A DNA stretch of 64,000 bases from Octopus vulgaris (lineage: Eukaryota), in the NCBI GenBank assembly GCA_951406725.2, contig OX597825.1, positions 53,754,001 through 53,818,000 on the forward strand, read 5' to 3'. The translations under genes were made by a program, and so were the position numbers. How positions within the stretch are numbered: position 1 is the first letter of the stretch; each line of letters begins with the position of its first letter. Shown here piece by piece: positions 14,138 through 30,044 of this stretch. The notes beneath the pieces are model-generated. The model had not been told where the DNA came from, did no database searches, and worked only from the letters and a program-made list of their open reading frames with translations.

Positions 14138-15220
14138 TTAGGTTGATTCAAAGGAATTATCGCATTTTTTATTAGTGGTTATTTCGGTCATTTAAAAACT
14201 CAATTATGCATACCTTGCATTGAATCTTGACTCTTTTTCTTTCCCAACAATATTCGTATATAAAATTCGTAAAGCTCTCGTTAAGGAAATGATAGCCTTG
14301 AAAACAAACCAAGGGGTGTGTCAAGACCAGTTATTTAGAATGATGGTTAAAATGCTTTGGTTGAACAAAATCCTCGAACAAAGGTTCGAAAACTTTCATT
14401 AGAACTCCAGTCATCTCGCACAACTCTTTTGGGACACCTGTACAAAATTGGAAAAGTCAAGAGAACAGATAGATTTGTTCCACATCAACTAAACGAGATT
14501 CATAAATCAACAAAAAAAAAGCAGAAGCCTCGAAGTGTGCTCCTTATTGCTTTCTCGACTGGAAAAAAAACCATTTTTGCATGAAATGATTTCTTGTGAT
14601 GCGAAATGGATACTATTTGACAACAGTAGCAGAACAGGACAGTGATTAGATGCAGAAGAGTCACCTAAACACTACCAAAACCCATCTTTGCACTCTAAAA
14701 AGTTAGTGATCACTGTATGGCGGTCTGCAAAGGGAGTTATTTGTTATTCATTTTTGCAACAAGGAAAAAGTGTAACAGCAACATCGTACTGCTAGGAAAT
14801 AGATTTTATGCATGAGAATTTGAGAAAGAAGCACCCAAACTAGTGAAAAGAGATGTCTCAATTTCGTTCCACGTCAGTGCACGTCCGCACACTCCCCAAG
14901 TTACGATCCAAATACTGCAAAGCCAGCATTATGTAATTTTGCCACATCCTCCCCATTCCTCTGATATCTCTACCACTGATCATTATTTTGAGCTTTTCAT
15001 AAGCAATAAAACATTCTTAAATAGAGAAGAGATAATTGAAGCATTCGGACAGTTTATCACTACAAAAGATGAATTTTGTTTTTTAAAGATGGAATACGAC
15101 ATAGATAAACTTCATAAATTAACATGGATCATACTTTGATTAAATAAGCTAGTTCTCTAACACTTCTAGAACACTTTATTGTTACCTTTCAAATACGACA
15201 TTCCATGTAAAACAACCTAA
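14138..15220 (+). mobile_element. mariner (DD34D-type) transposon remnant with both TIRs
   Basis: TTAGGTTG...CAACCTAA ends; frameshifted motifs FVPHQL, SCDAKWILFDN, SARPH, LPHPPHSSDISTTDHYF. Confidence 0.9.
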
Positions 15221-15949
15221 TACATACATACATACATACATACATACATAATTATATATATATATATATATATATTTACACACACACACATTTGGGTTAG
15301 TTTGGAAATATATTATTGTGTCCGAGAGGGGTGGAGACAAGACAATTATAGGTATTCTTCGTATTTTCCTCCTGTCTTAGTACGCATGAACTGCATACTT
15401 CTTGGCGGCTAAAGCTGAGTCATAATTCATCTTCTTGAATCATTAACAGTCATCAGAGTTTGACTCCTTGCCACTGTCCACGCAGAAGTCCATTTCATTT
15501 ATTCAAGGGTGAAATCCTCACAGACACTGCACATGCGAATGTGTTATCTATATACTGCGTGTTCAACCCCTCTGTAAATATATAAATATATAAATGGGTG
15601 GGTGGGTCTATTCAAATCGAATGATCGAACATTAAAAATAAAAATAACAAGAAGATATGTACATGGAAAAATAGAATTAACGTTTCCAAAATAGCACTTC
15701 TTCGGAAAGGAAAAAAATAAAACGGAAAAATTCCGAGGTAGGACATCGTATTTCTAATTATTTATAGTTGTTTAGTTTTTTGTGGCTTAAACTGATGCTT
15801 TATGTTATTTCTAAAACAATTAGTTCCGTCACATTTATATCTCCTCTACACATGTTCATTCATGTTGTTTATGGAAACAAATATACATGCATGGTTGGTT
15901 GGGTGTGTGGGTGTGCGTGTTTGCGTGCGATTGTGTGTATATGTATATG

Positions 15950-15990
<41 letters not shown>

Positions 15991-16088
15991 GTATATGTAT
16001 ATATATACGTATGTATATATATATATATATATTTATATGTATGTAGATATATACATACATATACATACATAGATACATTCATACATAC

Positions 16089-16122
<34 letters not shown>

Positions 16123-16499
16123 CACGTTCATTATGAATATTTATTAATACACATTCGGTACGGGCCTACCAAACGAAGAGCACAACTGAACAGGGATAAA
16201 GGATTATCGATGGATTTCCTACATAGCCTATGTATTCAGAATAACAGACTGCTTATTCAACAATTCGTATGCACTTATGATCGGGCACATGAAATTAGAA
16301 TTTCATATGACCGATCATGTAAATCTTACAATCGAAAGCAATTAATCGTACAACCGAGGAATGAATCTAATTTATCTTAGTTCGAATATTTGAAACATTA
16401 CGAAATTTCAAATGATGTCTTTTGCGATCACAGACTTGTGATAGCCAGGTGATAGATTCATTTAGAAAGCAATTAATCTCTACCTTCAACAAACCTTCA

Positions 16500-17300
16500 A
16501 CAAACGTTTAGGACTTAAGATCGATATCGACATTAATATAATTAGGTCTCAATTTTTAGATATTTCCTTATACCTCAAAGTTAATTCCTATAAGCCCTCC
16601 CTTGGTACTTACCAGAAATCTGTTAATAAATATTCCTGCCACCCATCTATTGTATTTAAAAACTTAGTTCCAAATATTAACCGAAGGATCACTGCCTTCA
16701 CTTTTCCGAAGAAATATTCGAAAAGGCTGAGCCATATTATAAATGTCTACAGGATAGCAGTTTACTGATAAAATATTTTACGACACCCCACTTCTTCTAT
16801 CATCGAGTCGTATGAATAGGTCTCGGAAACTTGTATGGTTCACACCGCCCCTTTCTGTTAAGGTTTGGACAAATGTAGTAGAACTTTCTTACACTCAGTA
16901 TATATTCACATTCCTAGAAACCATAGATGCATTAAGAGAAAGAGAGCTAAAATTTCCATTCCTTGCACATACAGCCCTTAATGTGAAGACATAATATCAA
17001 TAAGCAGCACATGTATAGATAAATCTAAATGTCCTGTAAGGCAGAAATGTGACATATTTTCTGTTGTTTAGGAAGCAGAGATATCAGCGAACTAAGACAA
17101 CGGCTATATTAGAGAATTTGAAGAAAAATTTAAATCAATGTAAAATAACGATATGTCGACTTTTAGACACCGTGATAAGAGACATTCAACAAATATTTCG
17201 GCTTTAATCAGGAAATGTAAAGACGACAGAACAAGCTACGACGTCAAATTGAAAATCCTATCCAAAAGCAGATCCTATATGAACTGGACCAAAAGACGTT
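16500..17300 (+). mobile_element. Penelope-like element RT-thumb and GIY-YIG remnant
   Basis: LNFLDISL, SCHPSIVFKNL, SEEIFEKAEPYY, RKLVWFTPPLS, KCPVRQKC, STFRHRDKRHSTNIS across frames. Confidence 0.8.
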
Positions 17301-18070
17301 CAATATTGCACAACTATATCTCTTAAGGATCTTTAGACCTCCAAGGATTACTGCAACAGCACCTCCTCAAAAGAAGGTATAGCCCATATCTCCATCGTTG
17401 GATCATGAAGCATGGGATTTCAGTTAGATTTTTTCGTTTATGGTATTCGTTCTTTGAATGGACAGGGTGTACAGCTTCGACTTCAGCTCCATCAGATCGG
17501 TAAATATTTACTATATTATGCAGCTTACTAAGGGTGTGGTGATCTTCAACTAATTCTCTTGGATCATTTTCAAATTAAACTATTTGTGGTTAACTTTACG
17601 ATCTGCGAGTCCAAACAATTAAATTAAATGTATCGTTGCAATCCCTTCTTTCTATATTTAGTTATGAATGTATTTTAGTATTTACTGATCTTTTAATTCC
17701 CCACTGCCTCCTGAAGAGTTTTATTGAATATCTATCGATTTGTGTCTTATATAACCCAATACATGATCTCATGTATATATGTGTGTGTGTATGTGTCTAT
17801 GTTTGTGTGTATGAACGCATCTATATATCTATGTATATGTATATATGTATGTGTGTATGTGAGTGTGTGTGCGTATACAGAAAGAGAGAGTGAGTGAGAG
17901 AGAGAAAGAGTGGGACTGAAGTGGTGTACAGCTTTTTACATATTAAGAAAAAAGGAGCTATTCAGAATTTTGGATTATCCATTTAGCCTTTCATCTTTTA
18001 GAGATTCATCATTTCTGATAAATATGTGCGTGTGTGTTGTATGTATGTATATATATATATACATACACAC

Positions 18071-18104
<34 letters not shown>

Positions 18105-18170
18105 ATGTATGTATGTATTTATGTATGTGTGTGTATATATATATCTACATATATATATATATATATATAT

Positions 18171-18225
<55 letters not shown>

Positions 18226-18404
18226 TAATATATGCATATATATATGCATTCACTGATTTCCAACATTGCATGATGTTATATATTCTCCTTAAGGGAATAC
18301 AGCCGTTCATAGAAAAATATGGTTCGCGGGATTCGAAAACGTGTCGTAAACAATTGTAAAAGCATGAAGATATTTTTTGTCAGTTTCGTAGGCAGAGCTC
18401 GTTA

Positions 18405-18750
18405 GCCTGATGAGGCAACCTATCTAGAGGAATAAAAATACTGATTCCAAACATCTGCAGCTTTGGCACGCAATCCGCCCATGGAGAATGCTCCGGGAGT
18501 AAACGCTGAACAAGAATGGAGAATCGAAGCCTCCCGAGGCAGCTAGATATTATCTCAAGGCTGATTCTGTCTGACCGTTACTGGTGTATTGCCATAAAAT
18601 ACGTGCAAAGGATGTTGTTCGCTGTTCTTTTTGGATTTATCGTTAAAGTGGGCATGTGGGCACGCTTCATAATCGACAACCTGTCTTCGATATCATACAA
18701 CTCTGATTTGGATTCCAACTAATAACCTGTAGTGGAAGATGTGAACTCCA
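18405..18750 (+). mobile_element. Probable RTE-clade LINE 5' UTR fragment
   Basis: gggagtaaacgctga...gaggcag segment resembles RTE 5' ends; recall only. Confidence 0.4.
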
Positions 18751-19749
18751 CATATAATGTTATTCTGGCGGAGTTGACTACGAATCCTTCATATATGGTC
18801 ATTAATACGAGACAGACGGAGGACTAACATAATTCATATGCTAAAGGGAACAAGATGAAAATCTGGTGGTTATTGGTTAAAATCAACTGTAAATCTAAAA
18901 CAAAGAAAAAAAAGTAGGTGCATTAGGTTACCTACAAACAAATTTGGGGAAAAAAAACCTAGAATTATGCCCTCCAACGTAAATCAGTAACTGTTTTATT
19001 TATTCTGTTATAAATATCTTTACTTACAGACGTATAATTATTTAGGTCGGATTACGAACTATACTTTTACAACGTGGAATTATATCTTGAAGTCTGAATA
19101 CTGAAAATAACAACACCAATGCAAACAGTATTTCGACACTTCTCAGTTATTTAAGACGACATAAGTTCTCTCCTCATTTTACTTGGGCTTTACATTTAAA
19201 CAAAGCTCTGTTTCAATGCTAAATGACGCGGCGAGATAAACTGGGATGAAGTTCAACCCTTATTAACATATCTTTATTGCAAAACAGCTTCGGTTACATG
19301 CATCCTTCTATGAAAAAATTGACTTACTTTTTTCATACTAATCGATATCTTTAAAACACTGAGAACTGGCCAAAATTTGCCATTAGCGTGATCTAGAATA
19401 ATGTGAACTCACCGCTGCTGTTATCACCAAACTCTCGTGTATCTTTGCATGTAATTCTTTGGACAGAGACGACTGTGGCATATATTAACCTTGAGAATAG
19501 TTTTACTTGTTGTTCGCTGTCATCGAGTGAACTACCATATGGAGAACACATACAAGCATTTCATATTAATTACTGGGCAATTAATACCGTCATATACGCA
19601 GCTGCTAGTCCTCTAATAGAACACGTACGGGAAATCTGCCGTACACATGGCAATGAAATTACTAAATGGATTTAAGTTAAATGGAAAACAAAATTTGAAA
19701 ATAAAAAAAACAAGTAAGCAACAATCTGCGTTGCCATATTTGGAGCTTA

Positions 19750-21687
<1,938 letters not shown>

Positions 21688-21898
21688 AGAATATGCATTG
21701 ACATGTTTAATGAATATAAATATATCAACATGTAGGGTGCCAGGATTGGCTGGGTCCTTAGTATGAACTTAAAATACGTTGAAACACCTCATAGTTCTCA
21801 TTGTTGGTAATACACACACACACACATATATATATATACATATATATGAATGGATGTATACACACACACACTCACACACATATATATATATATGTATA

Positions 21899-21937
<39 letters not shown>

Positions 21938-22369
21938 GGTAAATATACATATATATATTATATATATGTATATTTACCTACATATATGCCTATATATTAT
22001 ATAGGCATATATATATATTTGTGTGTGTTTGTGTTTATGTTTGTATATGTGTATGTGTGTATATGTGTTTGTGTGTGTTGTTGTATATGCGTATATACAA
22101 GTGAATGTCAGTGTATGTATAAGTGAATGTGAGCGTGTCTTGCATGCATGAATGAAAATATATTCTGTGGACAATGGAGACACACATATACGATAAATAT
22201 TTGAATTATTTCTCCATTCTTCAAATAACAGGAAATAAACGTAAACGTTTGTCACTGAGAATGTCGTCTCCTCCGTTCCTGTTGATATTCAATATATCTA
22301 TCTTTCTTTGTAACATTTACCATTAACGTCACCTACAAAACTTTTAATTAGCACTTTTTCCCACACTAT

Positions 22370-23199
22370 GACATTCAGCCAATATTATCACCAATACTGC
22401 TACCAGAGCTGCTACACGTGCTACTATGATTACGAACAAGAACTACGAGTAATTCATGAAAACATATTCCAACCAACACGTGCAAGATATACAAACACCA
22501 AATCTTCGATTAGATCTAACACTTACACTACTACAAACAGATGCAAATGCACACTAGCAGCTGCACATTTAACCAGGAGTAATGCCAACGCATCAACCAA
22601 TACTATCCCCAGCATCACGACGAGGAGTAATAGCAATACTACTACAAACATACAACTATACCAGTAGCCACGTGCAAAACAATGCTATCAAAGAACACCT
22701 ACACACAATATCCACCGACATTATTCACAACGCATGCCAACAAAAAAACCTACCACCTAAACACACACACACATACATGCACGCACGCACACACATATTG
22801 TTAACCCCAACATACACAACGAGCAATGCAATGAAGACTACCACCATCAAACACAATGTTAATCTTCAAACAAATCAACATCACCAACACCACCACCAAC
22901 ACCACCACCTCCATCATCACCTACACCACCACCGCCAACATCAACAACAATATCCTAATCACTACTGCCGCCACCAACAACTCAAACATCATCATCATCA
23001 TCACCATCACCAACAACAACAAAACTGCAATCAACAATAGCGCCAACAACAGTATCATCACCCTCATCACCACCAACTACACCAACACCAGGCCAGTTCA
23101 ATAACAACTACTGCCAACAAAAGCATGACCACCACCATCAACACCACCAACACCATCATCACCACCACCATAATCACCACCAACAAAACCACTGTGGCA

Positions 23200-23233
<34 letters not shown>

Positions 23234-23540
23234 GCAATGAAGTTAGATCTGAATTCTTCTGATGCTATTAAAATAGCAGTTAATTAACACGTGGCGGTAG
23301 TAGCCACATCGTCAACATCAGCATTACTTCTAACTTTACAAGTATTTTAAAATGGCGTTGCCACCATCGTAGACATCACTGTTGTCATCGTCGTGATAAA
23401 CATGACCTTAATCGCTGTCATCAACATTATCGCCACCAGCACCACCACCAGCACCAACAGCAACGCTTTATAGTGATCATCGACGCCACCATCTTCATGA
23501 ACCTGATCATCATCACAGTTGTCGTCGTTGTTGCCGTCAG
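22370..23540. repeat. Low-complexity degenerate trinucleotide region (CAC/CAA/CAT/TAC)
   Basis: Long C/A-skewed imperfect triplet repeats. Confidence 0.85.
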
Positions 23541-23645
23541 ACGTATTTTTTGACAGTTCAATTAGGCGTAAATCCAAGTTTTATACGTTCCAAAGGAAGT
23601 AGTTATCGAACAATAAATATTAACTCATATATAAATACACATATA

Positions 23646-23748
<103 letters not shown>

Positions 23749-23785
23749 ATCTATATACATATATATATGTATATATATGTATATA

Positions 23786-23838
<53 letters not shown>

Positions 23839-23921
23839 ATGTATATACACACAACACTCAAGCTTACATGAACCTGTATGCATGCATATATTAGTGTGCG
23901 TGTGTGTTTGTATTCATATGA

Positions 23922-24008
<87 letters not shown>

Positions 24009-24091
24009 GACTCATATATATACACTCACACAATCAGACAGAGAATGCTCACGCACATAAAAAAATACGTTCGCATGCAAACATACACACA

Positions 24092-24173
<82 letters not shown>

Positions 24174-24534
24174 TAATTTTTATCGAAGCTGAAAAAGTCT
24201 TCACAAAAGCTAACTCGGTTTTATATTAACGTTCGTTGGACAGTTGTGATCATACAATGAATATGATCAGAACTGTCCGACGAACGGTAACTCTGAGTAA
24301 CAGGCTTTTCCCCTTCAAACGATAAATAGTACTCCACCTTCTGTATTCATGTACAATTTCCTTTTGCCATGTTTTACGCTTAATCATATGGATATAAATA
24401 TTTTCCCTTTTCTGTCTTTCATTGCCTGGCTCTATAACTACTGTCTCGACTATATAACCTTGGAGACTTAGTAATCCGTTACAGCACTTACATAGTGCAC
24501 CCAATCGATTAGATCACCTGTGGACTAAACCCCC

Positions 24535-24571
<37 letters not shown>

Positions 24572-24576
<5 letters not shown>

Positions 24577-24960
24577 CATATAAAATTGATATGAGCCATT
24601 CTTTCTTGTCTTCGGATTCACGGTCAAACGGCTGGGTGGCATTGCGCAAAAAATCACACAGATGTGTAGAACGATCCGGTGGTGATGCTAGGGTTTGCAT
24701 TTTTTCATAGCTCCCACGGTTACCGAGATTATGAATGTGTTTATGAATGAGAAAAGAAGGAGTGGTGGATGAATAAGGAAGGAAAGGGTGATGTCATATT
24801 TCTTCATAGTTCCCATGGTTACTGAGATAATCTACTATAATAATATTCTTGTGCTAATGAGTGAAAAAGGAAGGGATGATAGATGAATAAGGAAGGGTGA
24901 TGTCATACTTGGTAGTGGGATGATGAATATTGTACGCTGAAAAAATAAAAGATACATCCT
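24572..24960 (+). mobile_element. Possible non-autonomous Helitron-like fragment with ~100-bp internal tandem duplication
   Basis: Starts tatacatataaaa...aaacggctgg; ttcatag(c/t)tccca(c/t)ggttac(c/t)gagat...gatgaataaggaagg...gtgatgtcata occurs twice (about 24703-24797 and 24803-24907). Confidence 0.4.
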
Positions 24961-25284
24961 TTCAACTCTGCGTGAATATATGCGCGTGTGTGTATATAAA
25001 AGGAGGTATGTGAATGTATGTGTGTATGTATGAAGTGTGCGCGTGCAATGGAAGAGGGATGATTCATCTTTGTTCGCTTAGTATTTGGGTTTATTTTTTG
25101 ATTTGGTTGAATCTTTGTTGGTTTTTTTTTTGTTGGTCAGTTGCTTTTAGCATTTTGACAGAAAAAATCATTCTAAAATTGTTTTTAAAACGTAATCTTG
25201 TCCAAACAAGTCGAATGCTTACAAAGAGCAGGTTTTACAGCCACATCATCCAAACCGACCGGGTGAAACAGGGCTTATCTGCTA

Positions 25285-25340
<56 letters not shown>

Positions 25341-25343
<3 letters not shown>

Positions 25344-25680
25344 TTTGTCTCATTTGGTCTAAAGTCGTAAGACAACCACCGTTATATTTTGTTTATCCAT
25401 TACTGTTTTCAATTTCGTTTTCGTCTCTTGTATTTACATCCGTCTCTTGCGTTTACATTCTTGTCTTCTACCAAGAAATCTAATGCTTACAGCTTAGTTT
25501 TTTTCTTGTGGCTGGCCGAGTTGGAGCAAATATCAGAATTGAACAGCCGAAATTTGCTATGATGATTCGGTGTCTGACTGAAGATTGAAGGCTTCGAATG
25601 ATTTGTCTGTGTTCCGTGTTCGTCCCTTCCTGTATTTCACGTTCTTTATATATAAAAACATTTATTCAAACATTTATTCT
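25341..25680 (+). mobile_element. TA-embedded non-coding element with reverse-order hammerhead motif
   Basis: Homologous to the reverse complement of 30645-31020; flanked by (TA)n on both sides. Confidence 0.75.
25515..25593 (+). ncRNA. Hammerhead-like motif, non-canonical strand order with kink-turn
   Basis: gccgagttg-GA-gcaaat-A-tcaga-attgaac-agcc-GAA-atttgc-tat-GA-tgattcggt-g-tctga-CTGAAGA-ttgaa-ggct; all helices pair. Confidence 0.65.
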
Positions 25681-25704
25681 TATATATATATATATATATA
25701 TACG

Positions 25705-26672
25705 TACACTGAACTACAAAAGAAACGTCGCACAGTAAAAGATTATTTGTTCCACACACGATATGAATATCATATGGATTTTAGCACATTTCTAGATAAT
25801 TTGACATCAAGAACACCACACAACACTACACTCTTTTGAAAACACAAGGATTGCATGTAGCGCTCGAATTCGCTCACATTTCGTGAACATGGAAATGCTC
25901 GCGAACCCATCTTCATGAAAACTATGATGCATGTGCAGAATGTTAACTCATTGGTATAAAAGGTTCCTACATTTACTAGCAAGCATGCCAAGACGGACAC
26001 GAAATGATCGTTCGCGCAGTGGGTGACTGAAGGTTACTACGGCACATAAAGATCGCCACCTGCACCGATAGCACTTGCAGGACCGATTCTGGGGGGGGGG
26101 GCAACGGAATCAGCTAAGCAGGCCATAAGGACTCACCACAGACCCATTTGAGCGGAGACATTTCGCCGCCAGCTGAGATCTTTCAATGTTTTTTCGACGT
26201 CTACCTAGGGGCCCCATCCTCACAGATTGTCTACGACGGGCACGCCTGCACTTGTCTCAAAAACGTCAGAACTGGCAATATCAACAGTGGAGGACTGTAG
26301 TCTTCTCTGGCGAAATTTGATTTTACATTTCTGTGGCAGATGGAAGACCTAGAGTTTGAAGAAGCATGTGTGAACGTCATGCTGATTGCTGGGTGATGGA
26401 GAGAGACTTATGAGCAGCAGAGGGCATCATGGTATGCAGTGGGATTGCACTCAGCCAGACACTTGGATCAGTGATCTTCCAAAACATTGGTCAAGGCCGG
26501 AGTAATGCAATAACCGCTTCTCGCTACATAGACCAAGTGTTGAGGCCCCACATAGTGTCATACTAAGAACGGTTGCTTAATTAGTAATCTTGAATCAATG
26601 ATATAGCAGTCTGTTAATAAATCGGTTTCTATTTAGTATGTGTTGAACGTTTCTTTTGTGGCTCAGTTTATA
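25705..26672 (+). mobile_element. Internally deleted Tc1-like transposon with TIRs
   Basis: TIR ACTGAACTACAAAAGAAACGT / ACGTTTCTTTTGTGGCTCAGT; WRTVVFSGEI*F...DGRPRV*R and RYIDQVLRPHIV motifs. Confidence 0.85.
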
Positions 26673-26676
26673 GATA

Positions 26677-27400
26677 CACAGAAGTAAATAGACCCCCTGA
26701 TAATCATTAACATTTATTTAAATCTGAAATTTTACATTCAAATTGTTTATTAATTGTTATAATGTAAATATTTAATATTTAGTAGACATGCGCTTTGCAT
26801 TTTCTATGCAAGGACCTTATTAGGCATACTACTAATCAGGTGAGGAATATTCTCTTGTGGAATTTCTTGCCAAGTTTCATGAAATAATCTCAAAACATAT
26901 GGCTTTCAGAATACCATCTTGTTCTTTTTATGAAGTCACCTGTCCATTATGTCCCAGGAGTGTTCAATAGGGTTTATATCTGGTGACTGCCTTGGCCATG
27001 GAAGCTTTTTAATGCCATTCTCATCCAACAGAGAGAAGGAAATCTAAGCCATCTTTTTTCCAAAAACAGAACTATCTTTTGATCATGTGACTGAACAGTT
27101 TTTTGATCACATGACTGCCATGAACCAACCCCATTTTTTTTTAAAGAAGGCAATTTTGAGCCACCATTTCTTTACAAAATAGTGGTAACTGCTAAATCCC
27201 ATCCAGATGCGAATACCTATAACCAGATCCGAGAACGATAAATTGTATGTAATTTCTCTACTTACCTCTTTTTCAATTTAAGATGCCGCAAACAATTATC
27301 GCTTCTGATCACACTGAGACTGAAACATTACCACCCACTGATTGACAAACCATACACGTTTTATCTCCTTGTCAAAAGCTCTATTACTTGATTTGGATAT
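26677..27400 (-). mobile_element. Tc1-like transposon remnant
   Basis: LPWPRQSPDINPIEHSWDIM on the minus strand near 26945-27005. Confidence 0.8.
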
Positions 27401-27617
27401 ATTTATGTAAACTGATTTTTATTTTCTTATTATTGTCAAAGACTATATATCACTTGATTTGAATACATTTTTATAAACTAATTCTTGACACCACAGAGAA
27501 TACACAAAGCCTCACACTTTACTTTTGAACATTTTTTTAAATAACTGAAACTTGTTAAATTAAATACTTTTGAAAGCGTTCTGCATTTTCTGATTCTTAT
27601 CCTTATACACACAGACA

Positions 27618-27654
<37 letters not shown>

Positions 27655-27684
27655 GTAAGAGTCGCTAAAGCAGATGATCAACAG

Positions 27685-27800
27685 AAAGAGCTGAAGGAAC
27701 TGAAACTCTCCTCCCTAGAGAGAATGCGCGAAAAATATGCAGTAATAAAAATACAGAAGATCCTTGAAGTTCTAACTCTAAAGTACTAAAGACACCTAAT
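27685..27800 (+). mobile_element. CR1/L2-group LINE C-terminal fragment
   Basis: LKELKLSSLERMREKYAVIKIQKIL resembles L.LYSLERRR.R...I..WKIL. Confidence 0.55.
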
Positions 27801-28699
27801 CTAGAATAAGGTCACAATACTTACTTAGGTGTTTAAATGTATATGTGTCACCGCCTACATTGACGGTGCTTTCTAATCAAGATCAACTGCATGACCTACT
27901 TAAGTCGAGCATTGCATAAACATTTAACCTTTCACGTATTCTGCATGTATATGTAATTAAAGACGCACAGACACATGCACATGCACACACATGCACGCAC
28001 ACATACAGAAACACACACACCACACAAAAATAAACAGAGACGCCGAGCACACAGACACACATACGACACAACCACAGCACATACAACATACACATCACAC
28101 ACACATGCATATACATTCATGCATAGATACATTGAATGACTCTAAAGTAAGTGTTCACTGAAATACATCTTGTCTTCAAAATTTAATGGATACCACAGAC
28201 GGAATTTAATTTTGTTTTGGACGACTGTATTCAAAATTATGACCGTTCTGGTACAGGTGATGTGGAAAACGCGAAGGAATGGAATCGCAAACGTCAAGAA
28301 ATATTTGGAGTGGTATTTGTGCGCATTCTCGATCAAGGACTGCTATCAATTCGTCGATTGTTACGAGTTTTGTGCAGTAAACATTGACTTTAAAGTATCC
28401 CCCTTAAAAAATATTGCAATAGCACTGGGATGGGGCGGTAAACATGTGGGGTATTCCGCAAAAAACAGTTCGTTCAGATGCCATGTTTCACAAACTTTAA
28501 TCAAGCTTACATTATAATATACAGTGTAATTGTAACCAATTTTCCAGGAAATAAAAAATTTGTATCTTCACACTCCACTTGAAATAGTATTTCAACATGT
28601 AAAGAAGTCCACTCCTAATATTGTCAAGAAACAATTTTCCAATTAATCCATTAGAGAATATACTGCCCCGCACTGTAACTCCTGGAAGATTAACACGAT

Positions 28700-29306
28700 G
28701 TTTATCTGAAATAGGCTGAATCTCTAGTCCCCAATATGTGTGATTTTGGTGGCTAAATCATATATTTTATTTAACTGTAATCTCATCACTCTTAACGTTG
28801 TTTCTTGGAAAATGCATACATACCTTGCCAATTGCCTATTACAAAACTGTCCTCTTTGGTCCGGATTATCTCCGTTGAGAGCATGATCTATTTCCCGTTC
28901 CAGTGCTTTAAAATTCAATGGATATTTGATTCTGATATCCCGGGCTCATGACTTGCTTGCCGCACAGATTTTTCGAATCCTATCATTGACCCTTTCATGC
29001 TTTTATGAACGGACATTCCGATGTATACGGTGTAACGAAACGTGTCTTGTAGTTATTCTGCTTCAAACTTAACTTTTAATTCAAAGGGCATAAGTCGTGT
29101 AGGTTTGATTTGCTTGAAAGTCACACTGCCTTTGGATTACGACTGCGCTTTCAGACTTCCAATAGGATTTTAGGACAAATCTCCTTTATTCAAAGCTTAC
29201 TCCGGCTTCTTTCACTATTTCTAATGAGTTTTTATATAAATAGAAAGGATATTGAATTGAGTTATCCACTGTTAAAATCTGTACACATTTTCGGACATCC
29301 TTTACA
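28700..29306 (-). mobile_element. Tc1/mariner-superfamily transposon 5' remnant
   Basis: KSVRQASHEPGISESNIH*ILK HTH-like motif; terminus ggatgtccgaaaa resembles CAGGGTGTCC-type TIRs. Confidence 0.5.
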
Positions 29307-29983
29307 CGTTTACACATACAAACACACCGCCCCGCTACAAACACACAAATACATCACACACCCACACCCACACAAACATACACACACAAACTCACAACAT
29401 GAAACTTCATGGACGGCTATAACTATGTCAACAACACAGCTAACACGGTCAGCAGCAGTGGCGGTGCAAACGATGACAATAACAACAACTACAACTTCCA
29501 CGGTGGCAAATATACTATATTTTTGTCGGGTCTTGGTACAGCAGCAGCACAACTAGGTGAGAGGATGGGGTTGGAGGGAAAGCCACACTGCTGCTAAAAA
29601 CTATGATACATACACAAGCATACACACACATACATACTCACGCGCACACAGACAACAAGCCAGGACACAAATGCATGTGTACATAAGGATACACATCTTA
29701 GAATAACAGAATGGAATAAGTGAAGCAAGACCACACAGGAAAACGAAAAGTGTCGCTAAAGAGGTCACAGATGTCTGACGAAAGATTTCAGGACAATGGA
29801 CATGAGTTATAATAATAAAATAAGAACAGTAATAAACGAGTGAAGAAAAAATATATAGTACATGTGTTTATTTGAGAAAAAAAAGCATAATGACCATGCC
29901 GAAAATCAACGTTATATATGTGTGTATTTATATATATATGTGTGTATGTGTGTGTATATATATACACATATATACATATACAT

Positions 29984-30041
<58 letters not shown>

Positions 30042-30044
30042 AAA

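Noticed and set aside
18407-18413. CTGATGA motif (also at about 31119 and, on the minus strand, 15450 and 41330)
   Set aside because: No compatible stems or GAAA; lies in LINE or unique sequence
22582-23104. His/Gln/Thr-rich ORFs
   Set aside because: Degenerate triplet repeats open several frames; no domain or splice evidence
28170-28517. 115-aa ORF with faint resemblance to a Merlin/ISXO2 transposase tail
   Set aside because: No catalytic motif could be identified
29690-29790. CTGACGA preceded by agatgt with an upstream acatct, resembling the reverse-order motif
   Set aside because: No UH cleavage site before stem I, and the linker is much longer than in the four accepted copies
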